Positions 1 through 8,427 of a stretch of DNA of 64,000 nucleotides are shown here, piece by piece. The notes under the pieces are model-generated. The model worked only from the letters and a program-made list of their open reading frames with translations, had not been told where the DNA came from and ran no database searches. Numbering within the stretch: position 1 is the stretch's first letter; every line of letters starts with the position of its first letter. The position numbers and the translations under genes are program-made. The stretch is taken from the IMG/VR virus record IMGVR_UViG_3300025364_000003, positions 142,529 to 206,528 of that record; one strand, given 5' to 3'.

Positions 1-406
1 CAGTAAATTCTTCACGCTTGTGAGAGGGGCTTGCGTCAATGTGCACCTCCGGCGAAACAGAAATTGCTTCCTGCATTGCCAAGCCAATCATGCATGATCG
101 AGTAACCTCGTCAAACATTCTCATCTTTTGCACACCAACAGGAAACTTTGCACGAGGCACAAATTCCTTAGTATAAAAGTACAAACCACCCTTACCGACT
201 CTGTGAACAGAGATTACGGAAATGAATTGGAATGCATGGCCAATCATCTGAGAGTCGGTACCAACGGCAACAACATAATCGTATCCCTTGTGATTTGGAT
301 CACGCATGAAGGAGCCAATGTGCTTAAACACTTCTTCAGTGCTTCGCTTTTCCTTGGAACCAGGCTCGTTCCATTGGACTGTCATTACTTGCTCTTGGTC
401 ATACAT
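1..406 (-). CDS. RNase H-like YkuK-family protein, runs off the left edge (not in ORF track)
   Basis: Manual translation from ATG at 406: MYDQEQV...YVVAVGTDSQ...FISVISVHRVGKGGLYFY...PEVHIDASP. VGTDSQ, HRxGKGG and EVHID are YkuK-type motifs. Confidence 0.75.
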   Translation of the reverse strand, partial: MYDQEQVMTVQWNEPGSKEKRSTEEVFKHIGSFMRDPNHKGYDYVVAVGTDSQMIGHAFQFISVISVHRVGKGGLYFYTKEFVPRAKFPVGVQKMRMFDEVTRSCMIGLAMQEAISVSPEVHIDASPSHKREEFT

Positions 407-417
407 TTTAGAGTTAC

Positions 418-1197
418 CTATTCCTTTTCTAGGTCAGTGCGCAATGCGCCACAACGATTACAATTTTTTGAGCTTTTGCGGTTACGTGCTCCGCACTCTG
501 CACAATCCCACCTTTGATCATCCAACTGCTTATATGTGTTGGGAGACTCCTTGGTTCTCACCAAAAAATTCTTTTTTACGTACTGACAATAATAACCCCT
601 GCACATGTCAGGTCGCTTCTCATAAATTCCGCACATTCCATTGTCCGGATTTAAAAATTTACAACCAAATCTAGGACCCATCGCCTGAATCCTCATCATT
701 GGATACGAGGTAGGTTTTTGAAAAATGGGGTGACCATTGAAAAATTTTTCCCCAATAAGCTTACCTTCCTCGTAATCTATAACTACGTCGCTACGCTTGT
801 AGTTCCACCCCTTCTTCTTAGCATATCTCAGAAAAGATTTAACCCATTTCTCCTTAACGGGACCAAGAACATGTTCTAAGTCGTCCGGATCAAGCCTGCA
901 ACATGCTGAAAATACTCCGGGAACTCCACAACAATTGGAAAGACAGGTTTCTGTTGCTACCTCATCTGTAAATAACTTTCGTTCACTTTTTGGTTTTGAT
1001 TGCCACATATCGGCATGATTTAGCGACAACACAGGAAGGTAGTATTTATTTTCTTTTCTTGCTTGTGATAATTCTTCTTTTGTGTGTTTAATAGGCTTAT
1101 CTTCATCTAATTCAGAAAATGGGTTAAGATCGATACGATCTTTGTCCATCGAAATAAGCTCATCCAAGCTCAAAGTTTTTCTATTTTGTTCTGACAC
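418..1197 (-). CDS. YkgJ/UPF0153-like Cys-cluster (Fe-S/Zn) protein with C-terminal zinc ribbon
   Basis: CLSNCCGVPGVFSACC and CKFLNPDNGMCGIYEKRPDMCRGYYC; C-terminal WDCAECGARNRKSSKNCNRCG. Confidence 0.7.
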   Translation of the reverse strand: MSEQNRKTLSLDELISMDKDRIDLNPFSELDEDKPIKHTKEELSQARKENKYYLPVLSLNHADMWQSKPKSERKLFTDEVATETCLSNCCGVPGVFSACCRLDPDDLEHVLGPVKEKWVKSFLRYAKKKGWNYKRSDVVIDYEEGKLIGEKFFNGHPIFQKPTSYPMMRIQAMGPRFGCKFLNPDNGMCGIYEKRPDMCRGYYCQYVKKNFLVRTKESPNTYKQLDDQRWDCAECGARNRKSSKNCNRCGALRTDLEKE

Positions 1198-1247
1198 GAT
1201 TATCTATACTATTTAACTGTGAAATTGCAACTCAGGCCGGAGAAAAT

Positions 1248-2543
1248 ATGTCCTCGCTTAGACAAGAGTATAACAAAAGTAAAACTCGCAAAGAAAAGAT
1301 TGTCTCGGAAGCAGCTATTAATTGGCTGTCAGAAAATGTTATCATTATAAATGAAAAAATTGATAGAACTACTGTTTCTAGATTGATTGACAGCATCCAA
1401 AAGTTTGAAGAAACTTTTGGCAAATTTGCCGCTCGACTTCCGACAATCAACCAATACCTTAGCGCAGCCGAAGCTGGTTTGCAACAGGTTATCACTGGAA
1501 AGGCTAATGATCGTAAAGCCTCAACAATGTTAAAGAAATTGACCATTCTTTATTTCACCTTCAGCGATTTCTTTTCAAGAGATTTGCCAATTCTTCTTAG
1601 GGCAAAGATTTTTGATGCTGCAAAGGAACAGCCGGATGTTCGACTTGATATGCTCAGAAATCGAAATGGCGCAACGTACGATCCACATCTTGTAAGAGAT
1701 GCGCTTGCAAATGCTCTGAAACCAACAAAAGAAGAAAAAAAGCTTCTTGCAAAAATTTATCGTTCATCGCTTCTTCCAAAACTTAATGCCGAAGAAATTG
1801 CTGGACAAATGATGACTCTAACCTTTAACGAACTTCAAGAATTAACACAGGTCGGCAGAGTGCCAATGGCAGCTACTCCAGAAGAAATGACTGGTGGACA
1901 AGCTGGTTTGCCTGGGGAAGAAATCCCGCCAGCCGAAGTTCCCGTACCTGAAGGTGCCGTGGGAAAAGGAGAGGTGCTTACCGAGCAGGCCCTTAGAGAA
2001 GCTGCCGGATTGCTCAGTGAAGCAAAAATTGACGAATTGCGAGGAGCTGTTGCAAGTTTAAAACAACTTGTAGACTCAGCCGGACTCAGCAAATTATCGC
2101 CAAAGGTAGATAAGCTACAGTCAGATTTGCTTAGGGCAATGAATTCTGATGCATTCGTTAGTTATTGGGAAACTGTTAAGCAAGCAGGTAGCGCAGGCGG
2201 CGCCAGGGGCCTGGCATCACAGCTTGGTGCTTTGTTTAAGCAAAGCCCTCAAGCCCAAGAAATTGCTAAATTAATTGGCAGAACGAACGCAACGGTAGAA
2301 ATTTTTAAGTCTATCGCCCAAGCATGGCCTTCTATTGAGAAAGCAATTGCGAACAAAGAATCTTTAAATGCTGCGGATGTTGCCAACATCAGAAAGATAC
2401 TCATTGGTGCAGCACCAAAGCAAAAGGCAGGATTGGTTGGCATGGTTGGCAATGCTCTCAATAGGCTCGTTGGCAAAGACGCAACTGAACCATATATTAG
2501 CGTCGAAGAAATTGTTGAAGCACTCGTTGGAGAATTGCAATGA
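1248..2543 (+). CDS. Hypothetical helical protein (possible virion/internal protein)
   Basis: 431-aa ORF with GGAG SD and an upstream CTATTTA motif; internal P/E-rich linker. Confidence 0.6.
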   Translation: MSSLRQEYNKSKTRKEKIVSEAAINWLSENVIIINEKIDRTTVSRLIDSIQKFEETFGKFAARLPTINQYLSAAEAGLQQVITGKANDRKASTMLKKLTILYFTFSDFFSRDLPILLRAKIFDAAKEQPDVRLDMLRNRNGATYDPHLVRDALANALKPTKEEKKLLAKIYRSSLLPKLNAEEIAGQMMTLTFNELQELTQVGRVPMAATPEEMTGGQAGLPGEEIPPAEVPVPEGAVGKGEVLTEQALREAAGLLSEAKIDELRGAVASLKQLVDSAGLSKLSPKVDKLQSDLLRAMNSDAFVSYWETVKQAGSAGGARGLASQLGALFKQSPQAQEIAKLIGRTNATVEIFKSIAQAWPSIEKAIANKESLNAADVANIRKILIGAAPKQKAGLVGMVGNALNRLVGKDATEPYISVEEIVEALVGELQ

Positions 2544-3028
2544 CGAAAAATAAAAGACTCTCTGTGCAAGAACAAGACCAAACTGGAGTTGACGCTGCGG
2601 TCGCCCGTGGACAAAATCAAGTTCCTGATGATAAGTTTGAAGAGTTCAAAACCACGATGTCGAGGTTGTACCAGGCGACACAACAAATTGGTGGAGGCAC
2701 TGCCGGCTCGGCGCCGACAGCGGCGGCTGGACAGACACAACCACCAAGACAAACTGGCGCTCCGTCAGCAACAGGTACGCCTGGTCAGACCCAAAGGGGT
2801 GGTTCACAACCTCAAGGTCGTCAAACACCTTTGGAACAACAAATACAACAAAGTATTAGCCAGCCTGCCAACGTTCAAGGATTTGTCGAAATAAAAAGAG
2901 ACGCATCTGATGCGGCATTGACCCATATAGCAAGGCAATTAGGCGTAGAAGAAGATCGGCTCAAGAAACTTGCAATTGATGCAGACGTTAGGTTGTTAAT
3001 CAATCCTGATCTTCTTAGGGTCCAGTGA
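2540..3028 (+). CDS. Hypothetical protein with Q/G/T/P-rich linker
   Basis: 162-aa ORF with ATGA overlap to the previous stop. Confidence 0.55.
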   Translation: MTKNKRLSVQEQDQTGVDAAVARGQNQVPDDKFEEFKTTMSRLYQATQQIGGGTAGSAPTAAAGQTQPPRQTGAPSATGTPGQTQRGGSQPQGRQTPLEQQIQQSISQPANVQGFVEIKRDASDAALTHIARQLGVEEDRLKKLAIDADVRLLINPDLLRVQ

Positions 3029-4496
3029 ATTTTACAAAGCCTGAACTTGTCATAAGGAGCATAATAGCTTTGCCGGCGAGCATTATACCACCGATGCTGC
3101 TAATTGCAGGAACTTTTTGAACCTTTTCTTGTTTGAGCCTCTCGCTAAAGTTTGCGAACACCTTTTTAAAGAAATGTTCAATTTCTTCATCGTTAATGGG
3201 TGCCGTTGTGAATTCCTCACAAAAATATTTTAATTCATTAACTAAATTTACTGTACCATAATGAAGCATTGTTTTGATCTGTCTCAAAGCAATATCAATT
3301 TTAACTCTTTGTTCATCATTTTTTGTAGATGATAAATTTGGCAAGTGAACCAAAACAGAATTTGATACCAGTGAACGGAGTCGTTTGTCAAACAACTCTT
3401 GCACTTCTTCGTGCAAAAAATAATTCTGCCTTTTTTGAAGGATAGATTGAGCTTGGGAAGCAACTGCTGCTCTCGTGCTTCCGTTTTCGATTGTGCATTC
3501 GTTCGAATCTAATCTCACTCGTTCTACCAAGGGCAGTTCATCATATTTTGTAAAAACAACAAGGTCACCTTTCATGGATGAAACAGGTAAAGAACCACAA
3601 ACTACCGCAATATCATTGACAATGTTTAGCGAATCAATATCGGAAGGCACTCGCACAGGTTGCACGTCAAGTAATCCTCGCTCCTGGTTTGCTTTTAAAG
3701 TTGCGACGACCTCTTCAGAAAAACCATGAGCAATTATTACCATTGGTATTTTTGTTTCCAAACACTTTGTTAGTAGATGATCGATTTCTGAAACTTTCTC
3801 GACTAATCCATCTACAACTAAAAGCTTACAATTACGGCGTTCCCAGGTATTTTTTTCGAGCATAAATTTGAATGGCTTCAATTGAAAAGTGTAGCCTTCT
3901 TTTAGTTCAATAAAAAAGTTATCTTGCCGACCATTTTCTACGAAAATGCGACCTTCAAGACCAGCAAGATTTAAAGCTTCCCAAATGGCTTGAGCCAGAA
4001 CTTTGTCGGACCCGCAAATTTTATCAACAACATCACGAATGTTGTTAGGGCTAGGAATCGAGGAGTTTTTTTCAACCTGATTTTTAAATTGATCTACAAC
4101 TTTATCGAATTGCTGTAGCAAAATTTGGGCATTGGTTTTTTCCATTGAAGTTTTGATCATTTCATTGACAAGCGTCACTCCGAACAAATAAGCTATATTC
4201 GCTCCACCGGCCGAAAGAAGTTCAGACTGGTAACATGACTTGAAAAGTGTAGAAGCCAATGCACGGGTTGTTCTGTCCGCTGGAGCGAGCTTTTTAAGAA
4301 GCTTTCCAATGAAATGGTAGCTGTCCTTTTCAAGAGGGTACAAGTCTTCATGGAGAATTAAATTTATTTTTGAGTATAACGAATCAATATTGTTGATTCC
4401 TGAAAATAACTCTCTGTGAACTTGTTCCTGTGGAATAAATGTGGTTGCTGTCTTCATATTTAATAAATGTAAACTCTTTAGAGTAGAAGGTATCAA
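3015..4496 (-). CDS. groEL: Divergent GroEL/Cpn60-like chaperonin
   Basis: ALNLAGLEGRIFVENG..IELKEGYTF, KIPMVIIAHGFSEEVVATLKANQERGLLDVQPVRVP and IVNDIAVVCGS align with GroEL intermediate/apical segments. GDGTTT motif not present. Start codon uncertain (4496 or 4457). Confidence 0.8.
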   Translation of the reverse strand: MIPSTLKSLHLLNMKTATTFIPQEQVHRELFSGINNIDSLYSKINLILHEDLYPLEKDSYHFIGKLLKKLAPADRTTRALASTLFKSCYQSELLSAGGANIAYLFGVTLVNEMIKTSMEKTNAQILLQQFDKVVDQFKNQVEKNSSIPSPNNIRDVVDKICGSDKVLAQAIWEALNLAGLEGRIFVENGRQDNFFIELKEGYTFQLKPFKFMLEKNTWERRNCKLLVVDGLVEKVSEIDHLLTKCLETKIPMVIIAHGFSEEVVATLKANQERGLLDVQPVRVPSDIDSLNIVNDIAVVCGSLPVSSMKGDLVVFTKYDELPLVERVRLDSNECTIENGSTRAAVASQAQSILQKRQNYFLHEEVQELFDKRLRSLVSNSVLVHLPNLSSTKNDEQRVKIDIALRQIKTMLHYGTVNLVNELKYFCEEFTTAPINDEEIEHFFKKVFANFSERLKQEKVQKVPAISSIGGIMLAGKAIMLLMTSSGFVKFTGP

Positions 4497-4502
4497 AAAT
4501 AA

Positions 4503-5024
4503 ATGTCTGACTCAGAACGTGATGAAAAAATTGATAAACTTTTAGAGTTGCTTATAGAAGCTCCAGCGCTAAATGGCGGATTCGCCAAATTATCTGATGC
4601 TGTTAAAAATATAAAAGATACCAACACTAAAGTTTTATATGAATTGCAATTGGTAAAAACAAACCAAAACGTTCACACGAAAAAAATTGAAGATATGCAT
4701 GAATCACTTTATGATCCAGACAATGGTCTTTTTTCAAGAGTTACTGCCGCAATTAAAGACAATAAAGCACAGGAAGCTGGCATTGAATTTATTAAACAAA
4801 AAACAGAACACCTAGAAACGGCTCATACTGATTTTGCGAAAAAAATTGCCTTGCTTGAAGAAAAGCATGATGCAATAGAAAGAATTGCCGGAAAAGATTT
4901 ACAAGAGCTTCATTCGACCATATCTATCAGAAAGAACATGTTGCGAGCGTTTTGGATATTTATAACAGGAACGATTGCAGGACTGGCAAAATTTTTATGG
5001 GACATATTCCCAGTATTGTTTTGA
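4503..5024 (+). CDS. Coiled-coil protein with one C-terminal transmembrane helix (possible holin/XhlA-like)
   Basis: Heptad-rich body, then AFWIFITGTIAGLAKFLWDIFPVLF. Confidence 0.45.
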   Translation: MSDSERDEKIDKLLELLIEAPALNGGFAKLSDAVKNIKDTNTKVLYELQLVKTNQNVHTKKIEDMHESLYDPDNGLFSRVTAAIKDNKAQEAGIEFIKQKTEHLETAHTDFAKKIALLEEKHDAIERIAGKDLQELHSTISIRKNMLRAFWIFITGTIAGLAKFLWDIFPVLF

Positions 5025-5089
5025 TTTTTAGACACTTGTTTGATGAAAGAAAATAATTCAAGAATCAGGTGTTATAAAAGGAGATAAAG

Positions 5090-5302
5090 ATGAGTGATGT
5101 AAAAACAGCTGAAGAACTCAAGGAGCTTTGGGCAGACCTTTGTCATTGTGTGGAGTCCATGGAAAAGGACTTAGAAAAAAATCTAAACAAAGGAAATTCT
5201 GCTGCGGGCCGACGAGTACGAGCACAGCTTAGAGATCTTAAGAAGAAGTCCGCAGAGTTGATCAGGGAGCTTGTAAAGCTCGATAAATCATCAAAGGACT
5301 GA
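5090..5302 (+). CDS. Histone H1-like Hc1-family nucleoid-associated protein
   Basis: KGNSAAGRRVRAQLRDLKK matches the KGNxAAGxRxRKxLxxLK core of Hc1-like proteins; strong AAGGAG SD. Confidence 0.7.
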   Translation: MSDVKTAEELKELWADLCHCVESMEKDLEKNLNKGNSAAGRRVRAQLRDLKKKSAELIRELVKLDKSSKD

Positions 5303-5303
5303 T

Positions 5304-5741
5304 ATGGGTTTCAGAAAAGCAATTTATGATGTTGAGGAAAAGGGACTGGATCCTACCGTTCCTCATAACCAAATTGGTGATGATGGAAGATTGTTGTCTG
5401 ACGTTGAACCAAGCGAACCTGCTGCTGCGAGTTCTCCAAAAAAAGAATCGCCAAAGGAGAAGTCCACCCAGAAACCATCTAAGGGAGTAGCAGCAAAAAG
5501 TCGTAAAAGGAAAGAGGTGGAGACTCCCGACAGCAAGGTTTCTGTAGAAATCGAGTTCAAGGATGAACCTCTTCAGGCGGCAGAGGAATTATCGGACAAC
5601 GAACCAAAAATTGAAACCAAAAAGAGGAATAAGAAAACTTCAGCAAAAACCAAATCCAGAACAAGAGCCAAAAAAAAGACCTCTTCGCCCACCAAGAAGA
5701 AGATAAGCAAAGAAAGGGCTGGAGGTAAGAAGGAATCCTAA
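5304..5741 (+). CDS. Low-complexity protein with Lys-rich basic C-terminal tail
   Basis: 145 aa; KKRNKKTSAKTKSRTRAKKKTSSPTKKKISKE. Confidence 0.6.
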   Translation: MGFRKAIYDVEEKGLDPTVPHNQIGDDGRLLSDVEPSEPAAASSPKKESPKEKSTQKPSKGVAAKSRKRKEVETPDSKVSVEIEFKDEPLQAAEELSDNEPKIETKKRNKKTSAKTKSRTRAKKKTSSPTKKKISKERAGGKKES

Positions 5742-5744
5742 TAG

Positions 5745-7082
5745 ATGGCCAAGAAAACATTCGTACTTGACACAAACATTCTTTTAGCCGACCCAAACGC
5801 AATTTTTTCTTTTGAAGAAAACGAAGTTATTTTACCTTTTGTTGTTCTGGAGGAACTTGATAAGCATAAGTCCAACCAAGGAGAGATTGGCCTCAGCGCA
5901 CGTGAAGTAAGTCGTCAATTGCATGACTTATTAAAGGTTGCCGATAGACAAACTATGAAACGTGGCATTTCGCTACCTAATGGTGGCAAGTTGAAAGTTG
6001 TTTCTTCCTCAGGACAATCCGATCTTTTTGACAAAGAGCTTGCAGCAGATAAAGCAGACAATCATATTCTAGCGGTTTGTCTTGGACTGAAAAACAAAAA
6101 AGTTATTTTAGTCACGAACGACATGCTTCTTAGGGTAAAGGCAGATGCCTATGGCATTGCCAATGAAAATTATAGAAAAAATGTCATAGCCAAAAACATT
6201 GAAAGCATGTATTCAGGCATCAGAGAACTGAATGTCACGAAATCTGTATTGCATGAACTTTGGCAAAAATATAGAGACAAGGACAGTTTAACGAATTTTA
6301 TCAATGATAAAATTGATAACTTAAAACCAAATGAATTTGTTCATATAACAAACGGTGGATCAAATAAGCCATTTTTAATTCGAAAGCAAAACGATTCAAT
6401 CAGGTTCGTACCCGAAGGCTTTGAATTGTCGAAAGTGAAACCTCGCAATCTAGAACAGAGACTTGCTTTTGATCTTCTTATGGACAATTCTGTCAACCTT
6501 GTTTCTATCGTAGGAAGCGCAGGAACAGGCAAGACATTAATTACTCTTGCGGCAGGACTCGAACAAGTTGTAGACAAAAAGAAATACAAATCATTGCTTG
6601 TGTGTCGGCCAGTTCAACCTCTTGGAAAAGACATTGGTTATCTTCCAGGAAGCAAAGAAGAAAAGATGGAGCCATGGATTGCCCCCATAAAAGACAATCT
6701 TCGTTTTCTTCTTACAAGTGATGGAAGAAAGTCTAGGAATAGCGAGAACAGTCTAAATTACTACTTCGATATGGGAATCATCGAGGTTGAGGCAATGACC
6801 TACATTCGAGGTCGCTCTATTGCCAATGCATATATGATCATTGATGAAGCACAGAATTTGTCAGCTCATGAATTGAAAACAATCATTACACGAGTGGGCG
6901 AAGGTACCAAGATTGTACTAACTGGCGACATTGAACAGATTGACAACATGTACGTTGATTCTGTTTCAAACGGACTTGCTGTTGCCGTTGAGAGGTTCAA
7001 GGAACATGACATAGCTGGTCATATTACCTTGAAGAAGGGCGAACGAAGCAAGTTGGCAACTTTAGGTTCAAAAATATTGTGA
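5745..7082 (+). CDS. phoH: PIN-domain PhoH-family ATPase (YlaK/PhoH2 type)
   Basis: N-terminal PIN (FVLDTNILL, LEELD, ADNHIL, LVTND); Walker A GSAGTGKT; IRGRS; IIDEAQN; LTGDIEQID. Confidence 0.93.
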   Translation: MAKKTFVLDTNILLADPNAIFSFEENEVILPFVVLEELDKHKSNQGEIGLSAREVSRQLHDLLKVADRQTMKRGISLPNGGKLKVVSSSGQSDLFDKELAADKADNHILAVCLGLKNKKVILVTNDMLLRVKADAYGIANENYRKNVIAKNIESMYSGIRELNVTKSVLHELWQKYRDKDSLTNFINDKIDNLKPNEFVHITNGGSNKPFLIRKQNDSIRFVPEGFELSKVKPRNLEQRLAFDLLMDNSVNLVSIVGSAGTGKTLITLAAGLEQVVDKKKYKSLLVCRPVQPLGKDIGYLPGSKEEKMEPWIAPIKDNLRFLLTSDGRKSRNSENSLNYYFDMGIIEVEAMTYIRGRSIANAYMIIDEAQNLSAHELKTIITRVGEGTKIVLTGDIEQIDNMYVDSVSNGLAVAVERFKEHDIAGHITLKKGERSKLATLGSKIL

Positions 7083-7133
7083 ATCGTCAAAACGAGTCCT
7101 CTGATTTATACTAACTTTGATTGAAAGTTGTGT

Positions 7134-7615
7134 ATGAAAAGGAAATTTAATGGCAATTCTGACAAAGGTAGAATTTATCGGATTGCCAATACTAAAAACG
7201 GTAAATTTATATTGGTTCTACAATTCTGCAAAAACTTTAAAAGCGTGCTTATCAACACGTTTTTTCTTTGAAAAACAACAAACACCAAAAAATGAAGCAT
7301 GCATGGAAGGTAATGCTGCCGAAAAAAGAAAGCAACGTTCTCAAAAAATTTCCAAAGCATTGTCCGGAATCAAACGTTCACCACAAGAACATAAAAGAAA
7401 AATAAGTTATTCCTTGAAAGGAAATATAAAGGAGATAAAAGTCCACTTCTCAGGTGATGCGAAAACATTAGACTTGTTTCTCCAAGAGGTGAACAATTCG
7501 ACTACATTGTCAATCTAAATAAGTTCTGTATTCAGAATGACTTGAATTATAAATGTATGTGGAAATTCCTCAACAGGAAGATGAAAAGTTATAAAGGTTG
7601 GCATCTTGAATAAAT
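7134..7615 (+). pseudogene. Degraded GIY-YIG homing endonuclease
   Basis: MKRKFNGNSDKGRIYRIANTKNGKF, then frameshifted fragments YIGST, KRAYQH and RKMKSYKGW. These parallel the intact enzyme at 50646 (RGIYKITNTKNGRYYYGS..KERAYSH..KGKTKSSGGW). Confidence 0.7.
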
Positions 7616-7663
7616 GTTAGTGATGATAAGACTAAAAGAAGCCTTGAATGGTAATTACCGAGT

Positions 7664-8395
7664 GTGATAGACGATAGCAACAAATACGGTCGAAATAGGA
7701 ATCTATGGCGCAGGGTTTATAGTTTTAGGAGACGCAAACCTGTCAACACTCAATTGGTTGATGCTGAAACAGGTGTGACTTTCTCCTATGATCTTCAGCA
7801 AATCTTGCGGCATAGAGATTATTTTATTATTAAGACCACTGCCACTGCTTCAGCTGTTATTCCGCCCATACCACCTCCGTTACTCCTGGGAGAATACGAT
7901 GAGGGTTTGGTGTTCTTCAACAATACAGATTCGGCAGTTGCTTCGTTTGATACTTGTTTTTCTGACACCCCCGATGCGGTTGTTCTTTCGGTAGAGCCAA
8001 GCCCTAATAATGATGATTTTATAATTCCGTATGGTATTACTTTTAATTCATGTTCAATGAGTATTGGGTTGTCGGCGCCTTATAGTGGTGCGGTTAGATA
8101 TCGAGCAGTTTATTCTTCAACAGGTTACCCCATCAATGTCACCAGTTCGCTTGTGCCAGCCTCGGGTACATTTCAAGTTTCAGCTGGACACATTACAGCT
8201 TCGCAGGCAACGGAATTTACGGCAAGTCATCCTTCGGGCGGAAGCTTGGACTTTTTTGCCAAAACAGCCTGGGACTTTTTTGGCAACTTTGACAATAACG
8301 TATTTATATCAGAAGACAATGCAACCAGCACATCAACTTCAGGATCAATATCAGCGCCACTTAGCAATCCAATATATTTCATAGCATTCTTTTGA
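7664..8395 (+). CDS. Putative virion structural protein
   Basis: 243 aa; basic N-terminus (RRVYSFRRRKP) and S/T/G-rich beta-type body; head of the structural operon. Confidence 0.55.
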   Translation: MIDDSNKYGRNRNLWRRVYSFRRRKPVNTQLVDAETGVTFSYDLQQILRHRDYFIIKTTATASAVIPPIPPPLLLGEYDEGLVFFNNTDSAVASFDTCFSDTPDAVVLSVEPSPNNDDFIIPYGITFNSCSMSIGLSAPYSGAVRYRAVYSSTGYPINVTSSLVPASGTFQVSAGHITASQATEFTASHPSGGSLDFFAKTAWDFFGNFDNNVFISEDNATSTSTSGSISAPLSNPIYFIAFF

Positions 8396-8427
8396 AGAAC
8401 TATTTACCCTAGTCAAGGAACGTAATA

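Noticed and set aside
128-674. Plus-strand ORFs 128-517 and 306-674
   Set aside because: Antisense shadows of the YkuK-like and YkgJ-like genes; no motifs.
5090-5302. Host assignment from the Hc1-like gene
   Set aside because: The family is spread across several phyla and phages; a single gene cannot fix the host.
7150-7518. 122-aa ORF as an intact protein
   Set aside because: It threads through out-of-frame pieces of a decayed GIY-YIG gene; treated as a pseudogene.
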